The position numbers and the translations under genes are program-made. This document shows positions 38,461 to 52,299 of a DNA stretch of 64,000 nucleotides, in pieces (the stretch's first letter is position 1; every line of letters starts with the position of its first letter). Under the pieces are notes generated by a model. That model was given only the letters and a program-made list of their open reading frames with translations. It had not been told where the DNA came from and ran no database searches. Origin of the DNA: Camelus dromedarius (taxonomy: Eukaryota); the NCBI RefSeq assembly GCF_036321535.1, contig NC_087436.1, positions 62,560,001 through 62,624,000 of the forward strand. Reading direction: 5' to 3'.

Positions 38461-41400
38461 TTTCTGAGTTGGTGAGTATGACTTCCTGATACCTTATCAA
38501 ATTTGAAGTTTTGACTTTGAAATATAGGTTTCTTATATTCAGAATTCTAATCATGTGGAGTCTTATTGAGAAATGTGTTAATATTTTGGGAAAGATTAAA
38601 AGCAGTGAACCTGGGGAGCCTTGTCCTCACAATTCTCACCCACACTTGTTCCTTCTTTTGTCCTTCTTTCCCACCCTCCCCCACTTCATTTCTTCCTGTT
38701 TTCCTTTATCCGTTCTTCAGTTTCTCTTTCCCTGACCCTTCCTATATTTTTCCCACTGTTCTTGTATTCTTTCTCCTTTCATGTTCAGAACTATTCTGAA
38801 AAAGTCTTATTTGGCAAGTTAGAAATGAGTATAAGTAAAAACCATTTAATTTAAAAATCAGTCTTGCAAAAGAGAGTAGTTTTAGCAGAAGCCACCTGCA
38901 GGAGGAAAATATTTTTACTCTGAGAATAATACTTTTAAAGTCAGACTAATTGATAGATTGCTTGCTGACTTATTTAAATAGTCCAAATTATCTCATATTT
39001 AGTGTGTTAGAGTTTTGTTTTGTTTTGTTTTTTGAAATTCACATGACAGTTTTAACTGTTTTGATGAGTACAGTGTCTTTTAAGACTTTGAAGATTCTTG
39101 AAGTTGGATTTTACAGTGTTAGAAGTAATTTTGAGCTGTTTGGGAGGTGTTTGTTTTTCCTGAAGTCAAATTATTTTATTTGCATATCTAAAAGAAAGCC
39201 TATTTAAATGTTTTTCTTTTTTTTTTTTCTTTACTTAGGATTCCATAGGACTTGCTTTTAAAGAAAAAAAATCTCTTATAGAGCAGTTGAATTTTGTCAT
39301 GGGTATTTCATAGCTAATGATTGAATATTGGATAATGTTTGAAGCAAGAAAAATGGTGAACTGCGTAATGAACAAAGGCTATTTATTTTGATTCTGAAAA
39401 CTTATTGTTTTATATAAGGAAAGGGGCATATCTTAATTAAGGCCATTAATAGCTATCAATCAATTAAATTTCATTGGGATTTTTAAAGTATGTTTAATTT
39501 TTAGCACTTGTGTGCTTCTTCTTAAGAACCTAAAATTAGTGAACATGTTTCCTTATGCAGGTGTAGCAGGTTGTAAATCCTCAGTCCATTGTTCAGACAA
39601 AAGTTTCTGCTAGGAGTGGGGATTTCTTAGTATCTGTAAACAAGGCATCCACCCGTGAAAGCTTCAGTTATGTTTGAGGGAAAGTAACATCCTGGCTGAG
39701 TCAAGTCTTTGCCTACTGTATATTCAGCGTTCCTCTGAGTAATACCTCTTCTCTGAAGTGCCCAAGGAGGCTTCTGAAAATATGCCTGGACATGTTCCAG
39801 GATTGTAGGTGATTCTGATCGTAGTAGTTTAGAGAAAACCTGAGCAAACCACAAATATGTGGACAGAAAGATATACAGAAGCCCAGTGAAATTTACAATC
39901 TGAGTTAAAGCTCATTATCATGGTTTTTATCCAGATTTAAACTCCAGATACAGTATGTTTTTATTTTAAATGCAGATAGTAAAAATACCTAACATTTGTT
40001 GAAACTTACTATATCTCAGGAACTCTGAGCACTAAACCTACTCTCATTACTATTGTGGTACAGCTGAGGAAATTGAAGCTAAAAAGCTCACTCAGTCACA
40101 TATTGGTTATTCTTTATAGAACAGGGACATATTGAATGTCTTTAAAACACAACCAGTCAACCAACTAACAAACACACGACACACAAGGAGACAGCATGAT
40201 TAAAGATGGATTGTAAAACAGTAGGTCTGCGGGCACTGTGGAGGAATGTGGGTGGAGAGAGCACAGAGGCTCCTGGGTGAGCCAGTCAGGAGGAGGTAGT
40301 TAAGATCTGAACAGTGGCAGTAGTATGGAAAATTGAGAAGAAAGTGCAAATACAAGGGACTTCTGAAGTCGTGCTTGGCATAATTCATTTCTTTTGTTTT
40401 GAAAGCAAAAGAAAATGGAGTGTACTTACCTCTGTCATAAACTCTCTGAAGCTCTTTTCTGTTTACTCTGACTTCTACTCCAACATATACATATATTGAC
40501 ATGCAACTGATTTTAACACTTTGAAATTTCAATGTGTTTTTTTTTTCTTAGAGAGAGCTAAAATGAACAAATGTAGGTTGATTTAATTTGAAATGGATAA
40601 CATCATTTAATCCCTCATGCCTCTCTAGAGGCACAAAATCAAAATACACATAGGCAGCCATTGGAGGAATGAAGCAAGCACTATTTTCTCCTTTGACTCT
40701 GAGGAGAAAAACTGAGAAGGGTAATATTAATGCTTTGGGAATGAAAGGTAGTCCACACTGGAGTAATCAAAAATTAAGACAAGTTTTAAAAATAAGAGTG
40801 CTCTGAAAAAAATAAGGAAAAAAGTGTAAAAGCATACCATGGACACAAACGATTGATCAATTTCAAAGTAAACCCCCCAAAAGTGGATGATTTTTTTTCT
40901 AATAAAGAGAATACAGACTTGAATTAAAAACAGTCTTACTATGGTCTGTTACCTTTAAAAGTTCATTCTTCTCTTCTTGCTGTGTGCTTTCGGAGAGCTC
41001 CAGTCATCCATGTCAGAGAGGTCACTCTAATGGAAAATTTTGGACAAGAGACTTGGGGAAAGAAAAATATTTCTTTTTGTGCCAAATAAGAAGTCTCTTC
41101 TAAGGAAATCAGATGTTATTAGAAGATGGAATATTAGTCCTATTAGAATATATGTTTTCCATAAATTCCTAGAATTTTGTGCATAAAAAAGAGAAATACA
41201 TGCAGGCAGAAATACATGCAGAAGCAAAAGATGATACAGTAAATTATTACTATGTACCAGATACTTTACATTTTCTCTTCTCTGTGCCCTTGTTATTACT
41301 CTAATTTTACAGGTGAGAAAATTGAGGATGAAAGAAGTTAAATAATGTACACAAGCACAAACTCCAAACACTGCCCTCAGACCCCTCATTTATAATTACT

Positions 41401-42080
41401 TTTCTGTCACCTTGGCTATTTCACTCCCAATAAATGCTAAATTAAAATATTAATATTTCATGTTTAATGTTTAGGATATATTTTCTGAGAGCAATATTTC
41501 CTTGATTAAAAAACAGTTATGACATTATGAAAATAGCTAAAAATATTTTGTACGCTTCAGAATGATTACAAAGAGAAAAAATTGAAACATTAGCGTCATA
41601 GAAAACAGCTTATTCTCTACCTGCATCAGTGTTTTGCTGGCATATAGTTTTTTTTAATAGTGTTACATGTTTATGAAAAAATTAAAATGCAAATAAATTC
41701 CCAGATGGTCATTGATATTTGCAAGTCTCTAGATATTCATTATACTTTAAATGGTAGTAAGATAATTAGTTTTGAAAATATAAATGGCAGGCTGAAAATT
41801 AGCGTGATGTATATATTATAGGCCAAGTGAGAATAAGTGTTCAAGTGCTTTATGATCGGTCTGGCTCTGTTTTGGTGGGTAGATAAAGCCCTTAATATGT
41901 AGATTAAATAATGATTTAAGACTTAACTAAAATTTCAAGGACTTTTGTGTTGTTAAAAAATACATAAATTTTATTTTATTTTAAAATTAATGTACATTTT
42001 TAATATAATTGCATTTTGGAATAATTGTAAAATGGCATGAAGATTGCAGAAAAGTTGCACTTACAGAAATGTTGGAATGT

Positions 42081-42171
42081 GGGGAGGGAAGTAGCTCAGT
42101 GGTAGAGTGCATGCTTAGCATGCACGAGGTCCTGGGTTCGATCCCCAGGACCTCCATTAAAAAAAAAAAAA
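42081..42171 (+). mobile_element. tRNA-Ala(AGC)-derived SINE (Vic-1-like, camelid)
   Basis: ggggagggaagtagctcagtggtagagtgcatgcttAGCatgcacgaggtcctgggttcgatccccaggacctcca followed by tt and A13. It has an A box (TAGCTCAGTGG), a B box (GGTTCGATCC), extra 5' bases and a poly(A) tail. Confidence 0.88.
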
Positions 42172-42279
42172 GATTGCCATGGAAATTACACAGCCTTTGC
42201 CCAGCTTCCCCAGCTGATGGTGTTTGCCAGGTTTGCTCAATCAGTGCTATTCTACTCATTGCACATAAATGTCAAGAAT

Positions 42280-42792
42280 TGTGAGGGGTCTGAAGTCTTA
42301 TCCTGCTTGTATTCTAGCAAGTTACCTCGACATAGTACTATAGATGCTGGTAGACGTCAAGAGACTTTTGGTCAGAGACTTTATTATTACTTGCTAAGAT
42401 GTTATCACTCAAGACACAGCAGGGAACATTAGCTTCATAGTCCTGTTGTTTCCTCTTTCCCACTACTAGAGGAACAGTGGTGGGGATGATGAAAAGGCAG
42501 ACCCTGATGCATGGCGTACACACAGTGGTTCTTTATTAACACTGAGTGATTGCATACTTAGAAAAGCCTAGATCTTACATGGGATACAATCTTTCTCAAG
42601 ATATGTAAAAAGGCAAAGACTGTGGAGAATTATCTCCCAGCAATGAACACCTGTTATCATTCTTCCATTTTGAATCACTGAAAATAGTTCCAGACAAGAT
42701 GCCCCATCAGTCTTTAATACAACAGCGCCTATGTTACAAGACAAGACATTCTCATACAAAACAGCACAACCACGCAAATCTGGAAATCAACA
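42280..42792 (-). mobile_element. ERV1-class solo LTR (MER110/MER89/MER90-like)
   Basis: Starts tgtgaggggtctgaag, has a minus-strand AATAAA (tttatt near 42380) and contains tggagaattatctcccagca. Related to 6960-7425. Confidence 0.6.
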
Positions 42793-45344
42793 TGAATGCA
42801 ATATTACCATGCAATCCCCAGATTTTGCTAGCAGGTCAACAGTCTCTTTTTTTCCCTTTTGTTCTCAAAGATCTAATCTAGAATCATGTATTTTCATGTC
42901 TCTTCATTTTGTTTTCAGTCTGGATCATTTCCCCAGTCTTAAACTGCCTTTCACAATGTAGACTCCTTTCAGGAATGTAAGACTTTCCATCTGAAGGATT
43001 TCCCTCAATCTAGTTCTGCTGAATGTTTCCTTATATATACGTGTAGAATCAATTTGTGACTTTTCAAGAAGGAATGCCACAGGATGATGCTGTGCTTTCA
43101 TTTCACCACATCATGAGAACAGGACCTATTCTCATACCTCACTGAAGGTTTAGCTTTGATCTGTTGGCTTGGTTGCAGAATTATCTGCAAATGTTCTCTA
43201 CTGAAAAGTCATGGTTTTTCTTCATGTAACTTTTGGTGTCTTGGGAGAAATTACTGTGAATCTACTTTAACGTCTCCCTGCCTGAATCAACGTCCACTAT
43301 AATGGTTTATTTTCTATTTCTCTAATTCTTCCTATATGTATTTTGCTTCTAACGTAAGAGTGAGATTTTCCTTTAGCTCCATAAAATTATCCATATGTTT
43401 ATTTACTTATATCTGTATGGAGTCATGAACTATAATCTTATCTAATGTAATATAAGCTATTATTACTGACATTTTTGATGAACAAATTTCCCTAAATGTA
43501 GTAAGTAGGATCCTCTTTGAACTTACTTCTGTCTGCTTTTGACATGTTTCTGTACTTCTTTAAGAATTTTAATTTCTGTCACAAAAATGTGTTCCTGTTT
43601 CACCTGGCACTTTCCCTGCTTGAAGTCAACCATTCAGCCATTTCTTAAAGGACACTTCCTTCCTTCCAGTAGAGGATGGTATTTACATACCAAGATCGAC
43701 ACACTTGGTGTCCCCATTGCTACATGGGTATCATAGAACCCATAGAATTGCCCTCTAGACAAAGCTAGAAGTAAATGTCTAATATATATTCCTACATATA
43801 TTTATATCTATACATAAATTGTGGAAGTCTATTCAGAGCAATTACACCAAGTCCAATGTAACACCTTCTCCCTTTTCAAAACTGTAAATCCCTTCTCTGA
43901 TAGTGAGAAGCCTGGCTCTTAATATCTCATTATATTTATTTAGTTGCTCTGTCCTTCTAGAAACACACTCAAACTCCTGACTGCCAGTTACTTCCTCAAC
44001 TGCTGGCCACACTGCAGTCTCCCTGGCTTTGCTGCCTGCTCTGCCCCAGCCCCAACATCAACTCCTTAGCAATCCACTTTTTCAGCGTCACTAATTCCTT
44101 GACTTTATTGCAGTCTTCTCTTCCATACTGAGTACTTGGTCCCTTCAAGGGAAGAGAAGTAGAAAAATAGGAGAAAATTACTTCTAATTGTTATTTTTTA
44201 AAATAATGTTTATTTAAAAATAATACTGTTTATTTTTTTACATTTGACTAGATTAATATTTTTGTAGTTAGAAAAATGACACTTGAAAGATAGCATAGAA
44301 TCAATAAGATTGGGAGGCTATGTCATGCCACTCTACCTTGCCTAGAATTGTCTTAATGTGATTATATGCAAGTTTTAACATTAAAACCTCATTTTCTGAA
44401 CTGTGGCTGATGCCCAACTATTTTATTCTTTCAGTTTTGTTACCTTAGAATGACATTCTACTAAATCAATAAAATGCCATTCAGTATAGTCCCAGTGGTA
44501 TGGAGTTTCTGAGAAAGAACAGGAACCAGTGACTTATCAGAAGTAGTGTCTTTGAACCATGACAGGCCATGATATCGTTTCAGCAGAACTGGGGCAGTTG
44601 GGCCCCCAGAGTTGCAGATAAAACTCTGAGTAACTTAGATGCGGTGAAAAGGAAATGTTGGAAGTGTCTTGCTATCTCTTCAGGATTCCAGTGTGATTTT
44701 CTAAAGATATGTAGAGTAAAAAGGAAAACTGTATCATTTCTGAAATGAATGTGAAATGTCCATCAAATCTAATTCAACATGAATTGAAGCCTTAAAAAAA
44801 AAAGAATATTCATAGAATCTCTGGTATTCAAAAGTATGAATACAGTGCTGGTGAAATGCTTCATGATTCAAATAATCTTCCAAGGGATGTGTCATATTCA
44901 TGCTACATTGAGTAAAAATGTGTTAATTTAAAACTTAAAGACAATAACGAAATCAGGAAATACATATATTGTTGGAATTGTTGCCCTAAGGAAGGCTGGA
45001 ACGGGTGTGGATAGTGAGTACAGCTGGAATGAAGTTGTAAACCTCTGCGTGGGGAGAATGTTAGTGAACCAACCGATGTTTAGGAACGTATACTGATCTT
45101 ATACTAAATTGACAATGGTGAAGTATTAGGTGCTCAAAAATGTTAGCTGTCATTTCATGGTGTGGATATTGAACATGTGTTTTTGAGAAAAGAGGTGTTC
45201 ATTTTCTCTACTACATACTAGATCTGGATTATGCACTAAGCTGATCAGGTGTCCAACATAAAACTTTCTTTAATCAGTCAAAAATATAAAAGAAACCAAG
45301 ATTCTAGCATATATGTCAAGGCTAAAGTTTTAAACAAGAAGTTC

Positions 45345-48300
45345 ATGCATCAAAGAAATTAAAGGATAAATCAGAAAATACCTAGAGATGTATGAGAACA
45401 GAATTACAACATACCAAAATCAATGGAATGCAGCAAAAGTGGTTCTGAGAGGGAAGTTTAGAGAAGTTTACAGCAATGCAGGCCTAACTCAAGAAAAAAG
45501 AAAAATCCCAAATAAACAATCTAACTTCGCATCTAAAGGAAATTAAAAAAAAAAGAAGAAATGAACCCCCAAATAAGTACAAGGAAGGAAATAATAAAGA
45601 TCAGAGCAGAAATAAATGAAATAGAGAATAAAAAAAGAACAATAGAAAAGATTAATGAAACCAAGAGCTGTTTCTTTGAAAGTATAAACAAAATTGACAA
45701 GCCAGTAGCTACAGCAACCAAGAAAAAAGAGAGGGCCCAAATAAATAAAATCAGAAATGAAAGAAGAGAAGTTATAGCTGGCACCACAGAAAGACAAAGG
45801 ATCATAAAAGACACTGTGAACAACAAATTGAACAACCTGGAGTAAATAGATAAATTTCTTGAAACATACAATCTTCTAAGACTAAATGATGAAGACAGAG
45901 AAAATCTGAATAGACCAGTCACTAATAAGGAGATGGAAACAGTACTCAAAAAGCTCCCCCAAAACAAAAGTGCAGGACTAAACAACTTCAGTAGTAATTT
46001 CCACAAAACATTCAAAGAATATTTAAAGCCTATACTTCTCAAACTCTTCCAAAAAGTTGAAGAGGAGAGAAACTTTCCAAACACATTTTACAAAGCCAGC
46101 GTTACCCTATTACCAAAACCAGACAAGGATACCACACAAAAAAGAAAGTTACAGGCCAATATCTTTTGGGAACATAGATGTCAAAATCCTGAACAAAATC
46201 TTAGCATATTGAATCCACTAATAAATTAAATGGATCATATACCACAATGAAGTGGAATTTATTCCAGAGATGCAAGGATGTTTCAACACATGGTATATCA
46301 CATTAACAAATTAAAAGATAAGTATCATATAATCATCTCAATAGATGCAGAAAAAGTATTTGACAGAATTCAAAATCAATTTATGATAAAATATCTCATA
46401 TTTTATGAGTGTGTATGGAGAGAATGTGCCTCAACATAATAAGGACCATAAATGACAAACCCACTATTAACATCATATGACAAATGGCTGAATGCTTTGC
46501 CTCTAAGGTCAGGAGCAAGACAGGGATGCCTGTTATCACCACTTTTATTTAACGTAGTATTGGAAGTCCTACCCACAGCAATTAGACAAGAGAAATAAAT
46601 AAAAGTCATCCAAATTGGAAGGAAGGAAATTGTCACTCTTTGCAGATAACATAATACTAAATATTAAAAACACTAAATACTCCACAAAAAAGAAAGCTAT
46701 TAGAATTAATGAGTGAATTTAGAAAAGTCGTAGGATACACAATTAATTTTTAGAAATCTGTGACATTTCTATACACTAATAACAAATTAGCAGAAAGAGA
46801 AATTAAAAAAATAATCCCTTTTACAATTGCATCAAAATAATAAAATACTTAGAAATAAATTTTACCAGAGAGGTGAAAGATCAGTACAATGATGAAAGAA
46901 ATTGAAGAAGATACCAAAAATGGAAAGATATTCTCTACTCATGGATTGGAAGAATTAATATTGCTAAAATGTCCACACTATCCAAAGCAATCTACAATGC
47001 AACTCCTATAAAAATTCTAATAGCATTTTTCACAGAAATAGAACAAGCAATTGTAAAATTTGTATGGAACTACAAAAGACCTGAAATAGCCAAACAATCT
47101 TGAGAAAGAAGAACAAAGCTGGAGATATATAGTACCCTGATTTTAAGGTATCCTATAAAACTACAATAAAACAAAAACAGCACACAGATCAGAGTTGAGA
47201 TCTGATCTCAGATTGACTTTACCACACGAATATGGACAATCAATAACAAAGGAGCAAATACCCTACAATGGTGAAGGGACAGTCTTAAATAATGGTGTTG
47301 GGAAAACTGGACAACCACATGCAAAAGAATGAAACTTGACCACTGTCTTACACCAAACACAAAAATTAACTCAAAATGGATTAAAGATTGAATGTAAGAC
47401 TTGAAACCATAAAATTTTCAGGAGATAACATGGAAGTGGTAACCTGATTGACTTTGGTCTTAGTGATGTTTTTGTGGATCTGACTCCAAAGGCAAGGAAA
47501 ACAAAAGCAAAAATAAACAGAGGAAACTACATCAATCTAAAAACCTCTATACAGCAAAGGAAAGCATCATCAAAGCAAAAAAGGCAAACTACTGAATGGG
47601 ATAAGACATTTGCAAATCACATGTTAGACAAGGGGTTAATATCTAAACATATAGAAAACTCTTTAAAACCCAACAACAAGAACAAAAACCAACCCGATTA
47701 AAAATGCACAGAGGACCTGAATAGACATTTTTCCAAATAAGACACATAGATTGCCAACAGGCACATGAAAAGATGTTCAATATCACTGTTTATAGGGAAA
47801 TGTAAATCAAAACCACAATGAGATACCTCACATCTGTTAGAATGGCTTTTATCAAAAGGACAATGAATAAGTTATAGAGATGTGGAGAAATGGAATCGTT
47901 GAACACTGCCAGTGGGAATGTAATATGGTATAACCATTATGGAAAGACAGTATAGATTCCTCAAAAAATAAAGAATATAACTACCATATGACCCAGCTAT
48001 TCCATTTCTGGGTATTTGAAGACGATGAATACACTAATTCAAAAAGATATATGCATGCCTACATTTATTGCAGCATTATTTACAATAGCCAAGATAGGGA
48101 TACCACCTGAATGTTCATCAGTGGATTAATGGATAAAGAATATGTGATCTATATATATAGATATAGATATTATATATAAAGGAATATGTGATATATATGT
48201 ACGTGTAAGTATATACACATAAAGATATATGCATATACACATGGATATACACATATACAATATATGTGTACTACTACTCAGCCATAAAATAAATTGAAAT

Positions 48301-48642
48301 CCTGCCATTTGTGACAACATGGACGGACATGGAGGGTATTATACCAAGTGGAGTAATTCATAAGTCAGCCAGAGAAAGACAAATACTGTGATTTCGCTCA
48401 TGTGTAGAATATAAAACAAAGAAACCAACACGCAAACAAAATAAAACAAAAACAAATTCATAGCTGTAGAGATGAGATTAATGGTTACCAGAGGGGAAGG
48501 GGTTACCATAGCAGGGTTGAAATGTGTGAAGTTGGTCAGCTGTATGGTGATGAATGGTGACGAGACTTGTGCTAGTGCTTACTCTATGGTGTATACAGAT
48601 GTTGAACTATAATGTTGTGTACCTGAAACATATGATAAAAAA
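45345..48642 (+). mobile_element. 5'-truncated L1 of about 3.3 kb: decayed ORF2 (post-EN, Z, RT, Cys domains) plus 3' UTR
   Basis: ORFs 45561-45845 (RKEIIKIRAEINEIE..IEKINETKSCFFESINKIDKP) and 45933-46229 (PNTFYKASVTLLPKPDKD). RT motifs [18 protein letters not shown] and SLFADN near 46520-46650. Many frameshifts. Confidence 0.95.
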
Positions 48643-51474
48643 CTGTCATCCAAAAATATATGGCAGTTCCTCTTTATATAATTAAGTGAATATTTTTATT
48701 TTTTCTAGTCTTTGAGTGAGCTGTCATTTCAATAATAATAAAAATGATAATATAAGTAAGTCATCATTTTAGATTTTAATCCTGGGACTTCTACTAGCTC
48801 ACTTCATATAACTCTCTTCTAAAACCTGTTGATTGTCATTTTCCCTTATCTCTTTTCAGTGACTATTTTGGCCAAGTGGCTCATTCCACCTTCATCTGCT
48901 TCCTTTTTTTTTCCCCCAAAATAACCTGCTTTGCCATTGTCTTTTTATTTATTTTTTCTCATATGTACCCAAAGAACTTGTCATTCAAATGATTTACTTG
49001 AGAAAATGTCTCAATTTATAGACATCTGATTTAGTTCTCTTATATTCATGCTTTTATCCTGTATGCATGGTTTTGATCAAATAGAGGGACTCCATCATCA
49101 TAAGAAACAATCCTTGTTAGATTTATTGAAGTAAAGCAGAATCAATAAATTAATGGTAAACCTCAATAGTTAGTTGATACAATTTTATTACACAGAATGA
49201 ATCAAGGCTTAGTAGATGAAGAAAATTCTCTTAAAAGTATTAAGGATCATTATATGTAAAATAATGATTAGCTTATATCTCTGTCTCTTGGTTATGTGTT
49301 AATTAATATGTAGACAAATACTAGAGAACATAAAATAGAGCATGTGAGAATGGTGTTCAATATAGGAAATGTTCCCAGAGAAATTTTGAAATATGTTCAA
49401 GATCTCTTAAATACAAGGCAAATATTCCTCTGAATGGAAACTTGAGAGCTGGCTAAGGAATAAATGGGATGAATTAGGGAGCCAAGTTTATCTCCAGATT
49501 CTGCAGTAGTATAAAATTGCAACTGGTAAAGTTGGTCTAAAACGTTCCTTCAGTCATACAGCCACCATCAGTATGCAGTTGAGGTGAGTTATTGCATTCC
49601 AATGGACTTTGTGGCAGTATGTGCTGGGCAGAAACCAACTGTGCTGAACCTGATTTCTTGACACATACTATAATGATTTTCTTCATTATTATCTGTCATT
49701 TATCATTGCTTTCCCTGAGAAAAAGAGTTTCTGCTTTGTATGTATGGTTTACAGAGTTTGGTCTACTACCAACACAGAATGAGGAATAAAACAACACAAT
49801 AGTGGTTAACTGATACTAAAAAGACTTCATTTCATATTATTTAATCATATGTGATTATTATTTGAATTGAGGCATAAATGACAGATTTGAATTAAGTTAA
49901 GAAATTAGTCTTTGTTTTTTGAGATTAGTCATATAAAAATAAAATTCAGTTCTCTGAGGTGAACATGTGCCTGAATAATAAGCTCCTCTTCTTTTTGCCT
50001 TTTGGTAGTTGTTCAAGGGTTTCTATAAAATTATCCAAACTAAAATAAAGCAATATTTTAGGAACACTTTGGATGTTATTTCTAATAAATTAATATTTTC
50101 AAATATAATTAAGGTTAGCTATATGGTGATTATTATTCCTATGATTAATTACTATTCCCATACACTCATTTGTCTCCAAATGCTGAAAGGCACTAAGTTG
50201 CTTTGGTTCCTAGCACTATGTAAAACAGCATCCGTGAAGTCATACAGAGTGGGTTCATATTCTCTCTTACTTACTAGATAGTGAAGGCAAGTAATTTAAC
50301 CTTTTTGTCCAAATAACTTAATGTTTTTTAGTCCCAGTTTTTTTCTGTCTGTTAAATTTTACAAGATTAAGTGAGTTAAGGTCTGCAGTATGTAAGTACA
50401 TTTAAAATGATCAATAATTGGAGGTTCTTGTAAATGTCATCATCATATAAAAATATCCTTCATAAGTATTCCCTGAGAAGCACATAATATCTTGGTAAAA
50501 AAAAAATGTTTACAAATCTGCTTCCACCAGAATTAGTTAAATTCTAATGTTAGGATATTGTATTAATCTAAATCCAATCTGCATTGTCAAATGTATATGC
50601 AATTGATCTTCATTTCCTGACCTAAGATGCCCTGGAGTAACCATGTTCCTCAGTAAAAAAGCTATTAAACAGGTCAAGAATGGTGGGTGGCAAGTCTCAA
50701 AATAGCTTGTCTTTTATGTTTGCATCCATCAAGATGAAAATGGAAAACTGAAAAACACACTTTATTATCTGTCAAGCATCATAAAGTGTTTACCTTTATT
50801 GTATTTAAAAATCACAATTTATTAACACAGGTTAAAAGAAGGGAGTAATATTTGCAGTATGTCATGAGTTTGTAAATGTGTTGTCCCTCTTTGTGTATAA
50901 AGCCATAATCTCAATTTAAAACTATTAGAGGGACTATGGAAAATCCATTGTATTTGCTTGTAAATGGTTTATAAACATCCATTAATGCAGATAACACTTG
51001 TTGAGAATCAATTATATATGAAGCAAGTAATTAGATCCAGGGTACCCACAAGAAAGTATACATGTTCTCTGATCTCCAAAAGCTCACAAGCTAAGGAGAA
51101 AGATTACTATCAAAATAACTGTATCAGCTCTAGCTAGATCACATTTATATCCCACTTAGTGCAATTATACTCATGAAAATCGCCTCTGCCTTTGTTTGTG
51201 TCTGAGTGTGTCTGTTGGCAGATGGAGTGGTAGTGATAGCAGGTTTTAGGAGGAAGAAATACATCAGAGTTTGCAAAGTAGGTGTCACAGTGAAAAATAT
51301 ATTCACAAAGCATACACATAGGTGTAATTTAGAAAGGACTTTATATATTATCGTGCATAGGTTGAATATGGAGAAATGATTAGCAATGAAAGTGGAAAAT
51401 TCTTTCATTTCAGCCTCAGGAGTTTGGGCTTTATTTTTCAGTTGCGTAAAGTGATAGAAAGATTTCTGAAAAAT

Positions 51475-52220
51475 TTATTCATTCATTCCTACATAGTTAC
51501 TCATTCAATAAGTATTTCCTGTATATCTAATAAGTCCCAGACACTCTCTAAATGCCAGTAAGACAGTGTTAAACAAACATGCACACATATGTTGTGCTTG
51601 TGACGTTTAAAATCCACTGGAGAGATCAGATAGGAATTAAGTAATCTTACTGAAGTAAATATTTCATTTAAAAAGAAGTAAGTATTCTGAAGGAAAGGAA
51701 GAAAGTGCTATGACAACATATATCAGAACAAATAAATGGTGGAGGAAGTCAGGGAAGGTTTCTTGAAGAAGTGAGCATTAAACTTAGATTTTGAGATAAG
51801 TAAAATTTACCCAGAGAAAGGGGATGAGGGTGAGGAGAAACATTCTTGCAGGAAGAATAATGTGTTTATGTAGTCAGATAGTATGTAACTGGCTTGAGAA
51901 ACTGGAGAAAGTCCATTGTGGCTGGAGCACAGGCTATGATAAACAGAAGCAGTTTCACATACAAATATTAAAGCCTCAAAGCTAATGTCAAATATATATT
52001 TTTCTCTTCAGAGAAATTAATATCAAAGAACTTAATAAAGAATTATACTGGTAGTGAGGGAAAGAACAATGCCCAGGTTTACTTTGTAGTTTCTGGCTAA
52101 TGGCAAAGACTTTGCAGTGTCATCATTGCCTAAGAAACACAACCCTAGAAAATGACCAAATTTGAAAGGAAATGGAGTGATACTTTAGAAGAATAATTCT
52201 GTCACTAGTATAGAAAATAA
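51475..52220 (-). mobile_element. L2 3' portion
   Basis: tcattcaataagtatttcc, gtcagggaaggtttcttgaagaagtga and gtccattgtggctggagc. Confidence 0.65.
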
Positions 52221-52299
52221 TTGGATATGGCAAAATAGGGGGACGGGAGAGGATGATTTATCCAATGATGAGGCTAGGCTGTTTCAATTATCTTTAACA

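Larger units (their letters stand above)
41985..44170 (-). mobile_element. Ancient L1 3' end (L1MC4/5- or L1ME-like) hosting a SINE and an LTR
   Basis: ttttggaataattg...cagaaaagttgca, cccagcttcccc, tcagccatttcttaaagga and atagtgagaagcctggctc are reverse-complement L1MC-type 3' motifs. Confidence 0.6.

Noticed and set aside
37368..41389. Minus-strand ORFs of 110-120 aa (37368, 40200, 41027)
   Set aside because: They overlap L2/MIR relics, use weak starts and resemble no protein I recognise.
42083..42156. Functional tRNA-Ala(AGC) gene
   Set aside because: Imperfect acceptor stem, extra 5' bases, a poly(A) tail instead of a T-run terminator, and insertion in an old L1 all indicate a SINE.
45533..46084. 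Longest ORF (183 aa, hydrophobic, membrane-protein-like)
   Set aside because: It is the antisense frame of A-rich L1 ORF2, a well-known artefact.
45330..48655. TSD around the 3.3-kb L1
   Set aside because: The flanks (aagaagttcatgca / aaaactgtcatcca) are too dissimilar to call.
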